64,000 bases of DNA from the NCBI GenBank assembly GCA_965649825.1, contig OZ287694.1, positions 1,115,197 through 1,179,196 on the forward strand, in the 5' to 3' direction. The notes below the pieces were generated by a model. That model ran no database searches. It was not told the origin of the DNA and saw only the letters and a list, made by a program, of their open reading frames with translations. The stretch is from Penicillus capitatus (lineage: Eukaryota; Plantae; Chlorophyta). The translations under genes and the position numbers were made by a program. Shown here piece by piece: positions 11,401 to 23,895 of the stretch. Position 1 is the stretch's first letter. Every line of letters starts with the position of its first letter.

Positions 11401-11411
11401 GAATGGGGCAT
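5423..11411 (-). CDS. Multi-domain chromatin protein: bromodomain, RFTS-like, DDT, WHIM1/WSD, BRWD/ARF-type Tudor-like, ARID, Tudor/Agenet
   Basis: Bromo: FNKPVDP...PDY...PIDLGTI...VWKNCYTYN. RFTS-like: DWCFQYG.PGIWLIT.HAW|YKLLNPADYY. DDT: WNFLMTF..RLEL.PF. WHIM1: YLDLTVHAKLKILCTL. WSD: LGQDFKGNHYW. Tudor-like: WKTGDRFKMFF...DPWESLTVEWD...VSPWEIE. ARID: DLDLYK...GGYDVV...WKDVC. Single-gene status and ends are inferred. Confidence 0.8.
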
Positions 11412-11963
11412 GGCCACAGCGGCGACGCCGTGTTCAAGAAAAATGAGCGATTAGACGCGGAATCGTAGTCGGCTCGAACGACGAAGCAGCAGAAACGACC
11501 CGAACGGACCAACACGTGAAGATGCGACACCGCTGATGTCACATCACGCACGCCAACGGCTGAACGTGACGTGCATCGACGGAAGAGCGAGCGCCGCCGC
11601 TCAGTCAACCGAGGCCCCGTACGAGACAGAGACATCCGACCAATGGCATCCACAAAAACAACTCCAGACAAGCAGCCGCGAACCTGAGAGAAATCCGTCG
11701 CCTCGAACAATGGGAAAAGACTCTGAATCGAATGCATCGTCGACATTGACGAAGCGCAAAGGGTGCCTGCTGCAGCAGGATGATTGAGTGTCTCTTAAAG
11801 TGTGAGAGACGTTGCTAGTAGTCAGTCTCTCACTCTTTTGTACATACACATAAACCGAGACGTCTCTTCAATAGCTTTCATCTGTGTCTACGATGTCTGT
11901 GGTCGAAGCGGTTTTCATTCCATAACATCGTCCGTTGTCGTACACCATTCTATTTCCGAGGCG

Positions 11964-14171
11964 ATGCTCGAGTTTGCCGTTTTGATTTCCGTTCTCGTTT
12001 TGGCAGGCGTTGAACTGCGTCGGCGCTCGAGTCACAAATCGCATGACGATCCGGACAAGAAGAGCGATGCCTCGGAGAAGGAATCACCGGAGAAGCCATC
12101 GGCGGCGACGACGACGACCAAAGACTACTGCGTTTCGCTCCTGATACCTTGCATCGTTGGCCTGCTGCTGCTCCTTGCCTATTACGCGATTCCGCCTACC
12201 CAAATCCGCTCGTTGCTGAAGATCCAGGGTTGTATCCCTCCCTCACCCGACACCCGAGCAACGGATTGGGATTACCGTCACAATACGGCAGAGTTACACA
12301 ATGTGAGTGGGAGTCCTGTAGCCCAAGTGCTGTTCAATCAAGGAGTGCTGCTGAGATGGGGTTACACCTTAGAAGGCTCCCATCAAGCCTTTGAGACGGC
12401 TATCTCTGTCGACGCCTCGTGTGCCATGTGTCACTGGGGAATAGCTTACGCTGCATCTCCCTTTGCCAATATTGTGGCATTGCCAGACAGCATTCGTTAT
12501 CCACATTTCTCAACGGACATGAACCGTGAGGCACGGCGGTTCCTCCAGAAGGCTGAAGAACTGCCTAAGCGATCGCTGAAAGAGGCAAAGTATATCGATG
12601 CCATGTGGATACGCTTTCCCGAAGTGCAAGAGGTGGAGAGAAAGCACCAGGAGTGGCTGGAATTTATGCATGGTGCTCGCATGCTCGACATCTGGAAGGA
12701 AGATCCCGCCGATCTCATTGCAGGCGCATTGGCTATAGAGGCATTTGTGAACTGCATGCCATGGGACTACTATATCCCACATTTGGAAAATCGTCCATCT
12801 TTGGAAGACATCTCGTGGTCGGATCTTATCGATCAGACCTTCCCAGATCAACAGAACGGCAAAGCTCAGTTCACTGCGATCACAAAGATCTCGTTCGACA
12901 ATCGAGTGTTCCAAGGATTACCTCTAGATCCTGCACACGAAGCAAAGAAAGTGCAGAATCAAGCAATGCGTCCTCTGGCAAGAGTGGTCGAGCAATTGGT
13001 GTTGAGAGCGTTAGAAATGGAAGAGGCACATCCGATGGTGACACATCTCCACATTCATCTCACTGAAGCGTCGATGGCTGATGAACCTGGCAAGGCATTT
13101 CTTTCTGCTTCGAAGCTCGATGCTGTGAGCCATCAATGGAAGTCAGCCCATCTCGTCCATATGCCAAGTCACACCTTCTATCGGGTAGGGGAGTATGCGA
13201 AAGCTGTGAAATCTAACGAGCTTGCGTACCTCGTCGATATCGAAACTTCCCAAAAGTACTGTGCACATACCTATGTGCCCGAGCACAATGTCAAAGTCCT
13301 CGTTGCTGCGGCCTCGATGGGCGGACTTCTGCAGAAGGCAGAGGAGTATGCACACGTTCTGAGAGGCATAGGCAAAAAGATAACACTTCGCAAGTACTTA
13401 CCAGATGGCTGGGACTATGTTTCATTGGTCGACATCTGGGGTCAGTTCGGTCAGTGGGACAAGATCCTCCAGATGGATATGCCTTCCGATGGAGCCAGAG
13501 GTGGCACTCCGTCAGAGGGCCTCATTTACAGCACAGCCATTTATCACTTCTCTCGCTACATGGCATTGACGCATCGTCCGATCCGTCGTGCACCTCGTGC
13601 ATTGCTGACAGATGCCGATGCCAACGTCGAACTAGCAGCATTCCAGGAAGCGGCAGCCAAGGTCTCCAAGAGACCCAACACAGTCCCTGGTGAAGGACTG
13701 GGTATCTACTCCGCTGCTTACTACGAAAGGATCCAAGTTGCATCGCACTACACCGAGATACGTGCCTCTCTGTTAAAGGGAAACACCGTATGTGATCCGC
13801 AAACATTACCTGAGTCGAGATGTGACGTGACGTGATTGTGTGTTCATTGTTAGACACAGGCAATCGTGCTCATGGAGGAGATCATCCGTCTGGCGAACGA
13901 GATGGGATATATGGAACCCCCGTGGACACAACAAGCGCCTCGGCAGTGCCTCGGGTACATCCTTCTGCATGATGGACAGTATGAAGCAGCCAAGAAAGTG
14001 TATCATCGGGATTTAGTCGAGAATCCGAGAAATCCGTGGTCGACACTCGGATTGGCTCAAGTCTACGAGGCCCTGCACCAGAAAGATGAACAGGAACAGA
14101 TGATGGTGAAGTATCAAAGCATGGATGCTGCAGATATCGGTTGCAGCTGTCCGATGCTGCGTATGGAGTGA
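11964..14171 (+). CDS. N-terminally membrane-anchored TPR-like protein of an uncharacterised family
   Basis: Two hydrophobic N-terminal segments, then QVLFNQG...WGY...CAMCHWGIAYA, HLHIHLTE, HLVHMPSHTFYRVGEY, and C-terminal NPRNPWSTLGL; one intron at ~13789-13859. Confidence 0.8.
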
Positions 14172-16164
14172 ATCTGACCATCTCTATACTCTCTCCTCCG
14201 CACGCATCACAAGATCCCATCGACGTTTCGTTCAAGAATCCGTCGATCGACCTTCGAAGTTTCCTCTTGTGTTTTGCAGTAGATCCAAGCACTCGACGCT
14301 CGGTTTGGGTTCTCTTTTTTGTCGGACTTAGCCGATGCTCTCTCTCGGTGCTAAACAAGCGTGTCTTTTTTTGAAGAATGGATGAGTGGTAATGTTTGTG
14401 TTGATGCATCGCGTGTCTTGCTGTAGAGACGAGACATTTTTGATCGGGTGCTCACAATGAACCGTTACGTTTGTTCGTTTAAGTGCATGCGTCGTCTTTG
14501 CAGTTAGGCCTGCACGCGCTAGAAGCGTTCGTGTCGAACATCCTGCCTAGTATCCCCTACCGAGATATCCTACGCCTTTCTCGTCGACATTCCTGATCCG
14601 TTGTAGCAAAATCCGCCTTCGCTGTCACAAGAGGGTAACCGTCAACTGGCACATATCGGAAGGAGAGCATCTTGCCTCTCAGTGCCTCGAAGACAGGAAA
14701 GCGGCTACACAGCCACACATTGCTCTGTCTATTGGTTTAGCAATCTGTTCACGTCTATCCAACCCACGCATGTTCAGAGAAGCCCGTTTTTTATTCCGCC
14801 TGTACTTATGTATGTACATCCATCATTCTCAAACAGTCACGGTGGATCTTCTATGACTTGATCATGCCGGCCTTCTCTGTGAAAGATATCTTCTTCGGTC
14901 GAAAGAAACAGATGTTTATTTCGAAGAAGGGGCGGTATGTTATGGACATCTATCTCCATTATTGATCGCCTGCCTTTGCTCTTCCGAAAAGGATGGGCGC
15001 AAATGCCTTTAGAGGGAATGCTGTCTCTTCGGCCTTTATCGTTTGCGACTCTTGTCGCGCTTTATTCGGCATCGCTTGAAGTTTTCTATAAAGCAGCCGC
15101 ATTTTTCTATATTAAATGATGGGTACGTTGCTTCAGTCTAGGTCTTTCCCCATTCCATGCAAAGAGAAAAGCATGTGTTCATTAACATCAGCGAGAACGC
15201 TCTCGTCATGCATGAGACTTCGAAAAAGCGTTTGTGAAAGAGAGGAATCACTACAGCGAGACGTAATAAGGTATTGCTGAATACTTTTGCACAAAATCCA
15301 GAACTAAAAACCAAAGCGAGTGGTGGACATGCCGAAAAGTCACCATAGGAAATCCTTTGCGAAATCACAAGCGTACAGCGCTGCTGCCATCGCAATCTTA
15401 TACACACCGTATGTTCTATTAGCACCTCTTGATAAACTTTGTCCAGACAATCCAGGATGGGAAAACAAGAATATATATGGTCTTGACACAGAAATCTAGC
15501 TAAGATATCTAATTTGTCAGCTCTTGTCTCTTCAACGGTCCAGAGCGAGACGATGAGATCTGAGCTGCATTCCTTGTTTCTAACGACTAATCGAACGAGA
15601 CAACCCTTGTAAGTGGGACTTGGACGCATAACTGCGCGCTAGTAACGTTGACCAGAATCAGAGGATGTGACGTTGTATATGCATAGCATCGATGTCTTTG
15701 CAAGAATAGTTATCCGTTTTCACAGGATGAGAAGTTCTGGTGTGTTTGACAATGAGAGCAAGCAAACAAGCAAGCAAATAATCCTAGTTTGGGTTCGTCG
15801 GAAAGACAACGGAGTACCATACATTGGGAGCATAGGACGACGACGACGGTAGTTATAAGAATAACGATAACCTGAAACGAATCCCAACACCAGATATCTC
15901 ATAGAGCTGCTTGAAGCTGTTATTCATATTAGAGCAGCAGCTGGTTGACCGACCGATCGACCGCTTGTTCATCCATCATCACCATCGACTGTCATCACTT
16001 TCAGAAAAAAAGTGATCGCCCAAAGCAAAAACCTCTGACCCATGCGATCATCAATTTTGAAAAACAACGAACTCAAAAGGTTCAACACCAAACAAAAGGG
16101 AAATCTTGGACCTTCTGCTACTACTCTTCTTGATGCTGTCAGTGTTTGCTGTCTGTCATATATA

Positions 16165-16169
16165 TTACA
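16165..16169 (-). promoter_or_regulatory. Candidate TGTAA poly(A) signal downstream of the kinase
   Basis: TTACA on the + strand, ~73 nt after the kinase stop. Confidence 0.4.
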
Positions 16170-16241
16170 CCCATCAATGCGATGATCCTGTGGCACCAAA
16201 TCTGCAGACAACACAGACGCAGGCTGTTAGATATCTGTGTA

Positions 16242-17465
16242 CTACTGCGTCCATGGACTGTACTTTATTTGATCTTCGATGTGGAGATTCCACAGTTCCA
16301 CATGTGGAAGCATGGCATTCAGACGTCGATGAATATCTTTAAAGTCTGGCCGCTTTCTCCAGTCTTGGTGCCAGCAATCCTGGATGAGTTCCGAGTATGG
16401 ACCCGGGACAAATCTCGGAATTTCGGGTCGGACGCCTTGAACAATGGCAACGAGAATGGCGGCTGATGTTTTGCGATGGAAAGGACGCCTGGCTGTGATA
16501 AACTCCAATAAAATCATACCGAAAGAAAACACATCTGCTGCACTGCGTAATTCGCCATCCCGCAGCACTTCCGGAGGCATATGATCTACTGTCCCCCACA
16601 GACCCGTTTGTAACATTTTGTTCTTCTTGAGTCTTCGACTGGCACCGAAATCGCCAATTTTGGCTACAAAACCATAAGGAGATGCTATATCAGTTTTGAG
16701 GAATACGTTCTGAGTTTTCAGGTCTCCGTGAACGACGCCATTGCGATGAAGACAGACCATAGCTTCTGAGATTTGGCTCGAAATGGCAAGAATCTTTTCC
16801 AAGTGCGGACGCATCAGGTCGCTATCTCGATGAAATCGCTTGTTGTGGATTCCGTCATAGAGCGATCCCACGTCACAGTATTCCATCATGATCCACGTCT
16901 CTTTTGTCGGATAGATATCACTACCCTCTTTCGACGGAATCCCTTTTGCGAGTTCCGAGAAGCTGCCAGACGAAACAGAGTCCCAACTCAGCGACAAGAA
17001 GGAGTTCTCTCGTCCAGACACATTGCTTGTATCGACATTTTCCCGCACAGCAATGATTTGGACGAGATTCGGGTGTGTGATGCCTGAGATAAATACTTCT
17101 GGAATCTCGGTCTCTCTATCTATGCAAGTGCTGACAATTTTGACGGCAACAGAATGTCCACTAAGGTCTGCGACATAGACGGTCCCGCTAGCACCGGATC
17201 CCAGTGCGCGTCCGAGAATAACGTTTGTAAACACCAGGTCTTCGTTCTTCAGCTTGCCGAATATATAGCGGCGGTTTGTGCTCCAACGTTTCTTATATTT
17301 CTTCAGAACATGCCTCCATTCTTCCGAACGCAACGACGTGGATGCCCAACTGTTGTTGCGACGAATGAGGCCGCAGGAAAAACGCTCAGCTCGAGAGGAT
17401 TTTAAGGAAGACGCATCGGCCTCGTCGAAGGAATGCTTCTTTTTCTTCGACAACCAGAACTTCAT
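16242..17465 (-). CDS. Intronless TKL/MAP3K-like protein kinase
   Basis: LGSGASGTVY, VAVK, HGDLKTQNVFL, KIGDFG, GTVDHMPPE, DVFSFG, CW...RP.F; first ATG at 17465. Confidence 0.92.
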   Translation of the reverse strand: MKFWLSKKKKHSFDEADASSLKSSRAERFSCGLIRRNNSWASTSLRSEEWRHVLKKYKKRWSTNRRYIFGKLKNEDLVFTNVILGRALGSGASGTVYVADLSGHSVAVKIVSTCIDRETEIPEVFISGITHPNLVQIIAVRENVDTSNVSGRENSFLSLSWDSVSSGSFSELAKGIPSKEGSDIYPTKETWIMMEYCDVGSLYDGIHNKRFHRDSDLMRPHLEKILAISSQISEAMVCLHRNGVVHGDLKTQNVFLKTDIASPYGFVAKIGDFGASRRLKKNKMLQTGLWGTVDHMPPEVLRDGELRSAADVFSFGMILLEFITARRPFHRKTSAAILVAIVQGVRPEIPRFVPGPYSELIQDCWHQDWRKRPDFKDIHRRLNAMLPHVELWNLHIEDQIKYSPWTQ

Positions 17466-17521
17466 ATCGCTATTAGAGCTAAAAGACTTGAAACGAAGTC
17501 CGTTTGAGGGGCGCCTCAAAT

Positions 17522-20500
17522 CTACAGTATCCTAACCGACGGCGGCACGGGCACCGTCGAGGGCTGACAACGGTCGCCAGTCGCTGACGAACACCCTTCG
17601 TCGTTGTAGAGAAGCTTAAAGAGCCCTGTGCCTGTCGGCATCGGAATTCCCATAATGATGGATTCGCTCACGCCCGTCACATTGTCGACGCGTCCGTGCA
17701 GCGCTGCATCGAACAAATGGTCTGCGGTTTTCTCGAACGATGCTGCATGCAGTACACTGTCTTTCATTCGACTGATACCCGTCCGAGTGATGCCGAGCAC
17801 CTCTCCCTGACCGTCACACAAATGGTGATCAAAATGCGCGAATCCGTGAACAGAGAACTGTGCCTTGTACGTCATACAGTCTGCCAGAAGCATGGTATGA
17901 CGGTGGTCGACAAACATTCCGAAGGCGACCATGGTTCCCTCAATCTCGGAGATGATCCTCGATCGAGCAGCTTCGATCCCAAGCACGCGCTCTGTCTCCA
18001 TAACGTGATTGGTGACTGTCTCACTCCCTGTGACGCCAGGAACGGACATGACCTCTGACAAATTTGTCCCTGAACATCCATCAGCGATGAAATGCGGCGT
18101 TGGTGCGACATTCACCTTCTGCTAAGATTCTGTAGGTCCCTTGTCCGGGGCAGTGCGGATCGGCGACTTCTTGAATCACGGCGCGTTCCACAGAGGACAA
18201 TCCCGCGACAATGACCTATCCACGCATACCCCTTGTATGTCGCCCTCCATGTGGCTTGTATGTTTGTGCGACCTCCGGTAGTGCTTGCTCGAGTCTGTGG
18301 ATTTCGAGGGGCAGATCGGCGGCTTTTCCTTTAAGGGCATCCTCCAAGGCATACACAATGAGATGCGTGGTCGATTCCACATGCACCGCCTCTGGTTTCA
18401 GCTTGAGCTTCGGCGCACTGAGAATGGCGTCTCGAATACTGTACGCATTGATCTCCAACTGCAGCTGGGCAATGATCTCCACGTCCAATGTCACACAAAT
18501 ACAGACATCATCTAGCATTACAACGGTCACATCGAGGGAACTCTCGCGAAGATACTCTTCGAACGTTGCGTCAGGGTCGTGACCATGGATTTCGATATCT
18601 GGCCAAGTTTCGTCGACTCCAATCGGCTCTTGATGATTCGAGCAAACACAGGATTGTCTTTGCATTCGAGTGTGACATGAATGATGGGCGTGCTGATATT
18701 CTTGGAGGCATTAATGATTTCTTTGATTCTGGGAACACCTTGAGTAATCTGCATACTTGCAACGCCGGCAAAATGAAAAGTCTTTAAGGTCATCTGCGTG
18801 CCTAACATCCCACAGACTCCATTGCCATCGTTACACAGCCCCTATCTTAAATGCCATGCCTGGCTCTCCGATGCTCTGTGCTGCGATGGCTCCGGCTGTC
18901 GTGCCCGGATGAATGAGCTTCGATCGGTATCCTCTCAGCAAACTCTGAACAAACCGATCAAATTCGACACGTGTGATGCCTTCTGAACAAGCCAGATACT
19001 CCAGGCGCTCCTCTCCACGTGTGTCATTGCTCAACTGGTAACGCTCTCTCCCCTAGAAGGCCATTCCGTCTTTGAACCCCCGTTGTTCATAATCGATGCA
19101 TCCGACAGCTTGGTAACGCTGAAGCTGTTTTTGAAGAAAATCATCGAGGCTGTGTCTAAAATGCTCGCTCAGGATGGACCCTGTTCCGCTTCCTGATGCC
19201 GACTCTGAGATGCTATGGACGTGCTCTATCATCCGTTTCATTTCATCGGGCAGCGGAACAGACCACTCTCTAGAAACTGGATCCCTTAAGTCGCCTCTTA
19301 AGCTCAGCGCCTTCACTCGACTCAACAAATGACTACCATAGGATTCACGATTCAGAAATTAAAGCTGTCGCATATCAAGCATGTACTCACTCGAAATTGA
19401 TAGGCGCTCCATCTTTGCACTCCATCAGTGGAGGATCGAGAGCGTCATCACCATACTTTAACTGTACAATGGAGGACGAGGCGTCTCGAACGGTTAGATC
19501 GTAGTGGACATAGAGATCTTCCAGTGCTTTGATCAATCGACGGGACATGTATCCCGTTTCCGCTGTTTTGACAGCAGTATCCACCAATCCCTCTCGCCCA
19601 GCCATGGTATGAAAGAAGAACTCTGTCGGCGTCAAACCCGAATAGAAAGAATTGGCCACAAATCCTTTGGCCTGAGGTGCCTTGTCGCCCTTGGGAAAAT
19701 GCGGCAGCGAACGTCGGGTGAAGCCATCTGGTGTCCTTGTGCCGCTCACTGTCTGCTGCCCCACACAGGCAATCATCTGAGCAATGTTAATGGGAGAGCC
19801 TTTAGATCCGCAGAGACTCATGATGAGACAGCTGTTGTGTTCGTTTAGAGACTGCATACAGAGTCTGCCTGCTTCCGAACGGATCTCGTTAAGCTCTGCC
19901 GTGATTTTGGCCTCCAGGGTCTCCTCTTCATTCATGCCAGGTTCAGGAATGAGACTGCCTTTCTTGTACTGTGAAATGAAGGTGTCACATCGATGGTAGC
20001 TCTGGTCCATTTTTCTGTTGTTCTCCTCTTGCAGCTGATGGGACGGCGTCACATCATCGATGCCAATAGAGAAACCGCGCTCCCCCATGAAACGTGCCGA
20101 GAGCTTCGAAAGGCGTTTCATGACTTCTGCAGCCACCCGTCCGCCGTAATCATTTTTGAGCACGCCAAAAAGGCCACCTGATACAAAGGGGACCACCATT
20201 AGGCCCGATTCTCGGACAGTGTCTATCTGTCTTCTCACCTTGATTGCCTCCCAATACCACTTTGCCCAGTCTGCCTGAGATATGTTCGCTGTTGATGAAG
20301 TGGACGTAGCCATCATTGGAGCACAGTTGTTCATCATGTCTGCTATAGAATTTCTCCTTGATCTCCACATTCACAAAGACTCTGCATGCTGCATTCGGCC
20401 GAACCAGGACACTGAAAAGTTGCTTTCCTGTCCATAGCTCAATGGGCTTGAGAATGGCCGGAGGTGGCATGTGGATTTCTTGCCGAGCATCCACCATGAA

Positions 20501-22558
20501 GCAGCAGTACATGGCAAACTGTGCTCGTGTCAGATAGACATCTTTGCTTGTGATGAGATAGGCACAGGTTAAGAAATCTTGTGTGGCACTGACAAGCAGT
20601 TCTCCATTCTTAGGAGCACTGAGATTGTGATCGGTGCCCATCAAGAGCAATGCCTCAGCTCTTGCTTCTTCTGTCTGGGGCAAGTGCAGATTCATCTCAT
20701 CTCCGTCAAAATCTGCATTATACTGCACAACAGGAATATGACAATCAGGCAGGCACAAGGGAGAATATGTTTACTGGATTGCATACGCATTCGTTGAAGC
20801 GAAGGGTTCTCCATGGACGCACCTTGACCTTGTGCGCCATCATGGACACACGGTGCAAAGAGGGCTGTCGATTGAACAGGACAATATCACCATCGTTCAG
20901 ATGACGCTCGACGACATCCCCTGGCTACACCCACACTTGAAAGAGAGAGATTCGTTTTCTCTGGCCAAACTTGCAGTTCTCGAGCAATCTTGCGGCGGTC
21001 GGCATACTTTAAGAAGAACTTGCTGCCGTCGAGTTTCTCTACGAGATTCGCTCCTGGATGCATAAACTGAGAGAAGAGTCAACTCAAGGGTCACGTGGGA
21101 TGACAGAAGACCTGTCCATTGAGGATGCATTGCTGGAGGTGGGGTATGTTATGCTGATTGACGCGCTCTGGATACGTCAGTGTTTTGGCGATGTATAGAG
21201 GAACTGCCAGTTCGTCGATACCGAGATTCGGATCTGGTGAAATGACCGTCCGTCCACTGAAATCCACTCTCTTTCCACTCAGATTCCCTCTGAATCGTCC
21301 CGATTTGCCTTTCAGCCGTTGAACATAGCCACTGACATCAACACCATCACCAAAGGGCTAAGATCGGCAGGAGAGCAGTACCGAACACGGCGTTGTGGTT
21401 GAAGAAGAGGCGACAGTCCAGGTAGATCGCTATTGAGTACGACGGCGAGTTCGATTTGCATAGCATCCCAGATCTCCACGACAGATGTAGCGGCAATGCC
21501 TTGTTCAAATCCTGCCCTGAGCCTCGTGTTGTAGTCCAGAATCTGAGAGTGCATGGAATTGCAGGATGGCAAGGAGAGTGTGCAGCAACTTGTGTGAGAC
21601 GCATGGAGATATCATCTTCGTTACTCCCGACGCCTTCCATCTCCACGGAGGGACGAATGCAGACCGGCGGGACAGGGATCCTTGTGACGATCAGGTTTTC
21701 GGGGCGGCCTCCCAGGCACAAGAACTCCACATCTTCATCAGGTATGCTCTGAAAGAGATGCAATACTCTCAGCGGATTCAGATCGTCCGTGACCTGCAGT
21801 AGGCAGACATCTTCTTAAGTGTGTCACCTCGGCTTAGGGGAGAGGCCTTGGAGAGGAGGCGCTCTATGGAGCTGTTGTATAGAATGGCTTGCTCAAATTC
21901 TGTTCTTTGCAGCTCGGACGTACGATACTTGTAGGCATCGTGCATGAGTTTGTAAACGCCGCCTGCTTTCTTGACGACTGCATTCTCTGCACCGCAATAG
22001 GGACACAGACGAATCTGATTCCCAACCGATTTGCATCTATGTCACTCTTTTGAGACAAACGCATTAGCAGGAGTAAAGATTTGTGAACTTGGCATTGATT
22101 TTCTTGAAGATGGCTTTTCGGCCCAGTGGCTCCAATCTCGGATTTCTCAATTTTCTGAGGAACTCCTGTTTGTCTGTCGGCACGAGGAGCACTCTGGCGC
22201 ACGTCTTGCAAATGACTTGGAGAATTTTGAGGGTGTAAGAGAGGTAGCCAATGTGAAAGAGTGGGAGGAGAAGTTGGATGTGACCAAAATGCCCAGTGCA
22301 TTCTGAGAGAGACTGGTGGCATGTGGCACAGAGTGCTGTCTTGCTGCTGACGCCGAGTCTGGCATCCAAGACACTGCCAATGTGTGGTGTCCTCTCTGGC
22401 ATCTTGTAGAGTTTTGACTCATACACCAGCATCTCACTTCCCTTCTCGATCTCGACGGCGCCGTGCAACGCGAATTCGATCTTGGCGATCTTCTGCGGCG
22501 CAGGACGCGGCAGATAGGGCTCCTTTGAATAGACAACGCGAAAAGCATGCTCCGACAT
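17522..22558 (-). CDS. RPC1: RNA polymerase III largest subunit, multi-exon
   Basis: N-terminal KEPY...KIAKIEF and C..C...C.GHFG; [13 protein letters not shown]; [17 protein letters not shown]; TLKTFHFAG; C-terminal LGIEAAR...ASFEKT.DHLFDAA...IIMG.PMP.GTG and no CTD heptads. Confidence 0.95.
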
Positions 22559-23238
22559 CGCAAGCGACTAGCCGGTCACATCAAAAGAGAAAAACAAGAC
22601 GGCATCCATGCGACGGTCATATCAGCGCTTCTAGACAAGTCCTACAGCTGGCAATCGCGTGGTAACTTCCCGTTTTCAAAAATGCTGGTCAGACGACAGC
22701 ATTCTGTATGCGTTTGCGACCATGCGATGTTGCTGCACCTCTTTTTGAAGTCCAGAGGGTCGAGTTTATTGGAGTCGCTTTTTTGTCTGCGCGTCGGTTT
22801 TTCGACCATTGTTTTCGGGCAAGATGATTATTGCACGAAGGGACGATCAAAGTGCGTTCTAAGATGCCTTGAAGAGCTCGTAGATACTGCAAAAGTCTGA
22901 GCAATTTTGATGGCGTGCCTTTTTGCAAGCATCAGCCAGATGGTCTTTCTATGCAGCAAAGGTGCATGGTCCATTCGCAAAATCGATTACAAATAATGCA
23001 ATGTATCAACGCGCGACTGCTGCGCTGCATTGTGCAGACACTGCTTAATCCTGATCGGCTCAAAACAAGGAGGGGCGGAAAACTCAGACGCGCCGTCCTT
23101 GCCGGAAAAAAAAACGAATGCTGCATGTGAACTTCATGCATGCTGAATGGATCAGCAAAGTTCCACAGAATGAAAAATCAAACGCAGTCGGACAACTGCT
23201 GACATCACTAAACTCCGCCGATCTTCTCTTCGTCCAAA

Positions 23239-23895
23239 CTATCTGCGTCCCGAAGGTGCTGGCCTCGGTCTTGTTATCGTTGTTGTATTTGTCGTGACGT
23301 TCGCCGTCACCGTCGCCGTACTCGGCGGACTGGGGTTCGGACTCGTCGCTCTGAAGTCGTCAAGCGTAACGCCGTCGGGCAGCAAAACGACTGAAACTCC
23401 TTCGGGGAGGGACCCAAAGAGAAACTCCTTTCCGGTAAAGATGTATGGCACTTTCGCCCAGATTAAGGCGATAACGACTCGGGCATTCACTTCCTCGCAT
23501 TGTGGAAGACGCAATCTCAATCCTTCCGGATACGCTTCGGATGCCGAGCACCTTTGGAACGATTGACGATTCCCTTCCACGCATTGCGGGCGGTAAGAGC
23601 AAGCCTCGAGAGTCTTCAAGAGAATGTTCGTGCATGCATCGGACACGAAGCACGCCTCCACGGATCCCCGTTTCGGACACATAGCTTCAATGATCGCCGG
23701 CGCAGTTGCACTATCACTGACTGTTTGTCCGTCTGATGCGAAACGATTTTGGAGGATCCGTCTTCTGCCTCGATGACCGACACTGCACGAAACCGAAAAG
23801 CAGGGGTACCCCAAGAGTCGTCTCGATATGCTGAGCGATGCGTCCACTCTAGATATGACAACTGTTTCTCCCGTTGTGTGGGAGTCGCCTTGCAA
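23239..23895 (-). CDS. Hypothetical ORF (218 aa); coding strand uncertain
   Basis: Longest ORF in this interval; no family recognised. The opposite strand has a 33-residue hydrophobic stretch. Confidence 0.25.
   Translation of the reverse strand: MQGDSHTTGETVVISRVDASLSISRRLLGYPCFSVSCSVGHRGRRRILQNRFASDGQTVSDSATAPAIIEAMCPKRGSVEACFVSDACTNILLKTLEACSYRPQCVEGNRQSFQRCSASEAYPEGLRLRLPQCEEVNARVVIALIWAKVPYIFTGKEFLFGSLPEGVSVVLLPDGVTLDDFRATSPNPSPPSTATVTANVTTNTTTITRPRPAPSGRR

Noticed and set aside
11536-11787. 83-codon ORF between the chromatin and TPR genes
   Set aside because: Low complexity, unrecognised, and located in the divergent promoter region; insufficient support.
16106-16342. Small ORF with a signal-peptide-like start
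   Set aside because: Overlaps the kinase C-terminus and 3' UTR on the opposite strand; likely a chance hydrophobic run.
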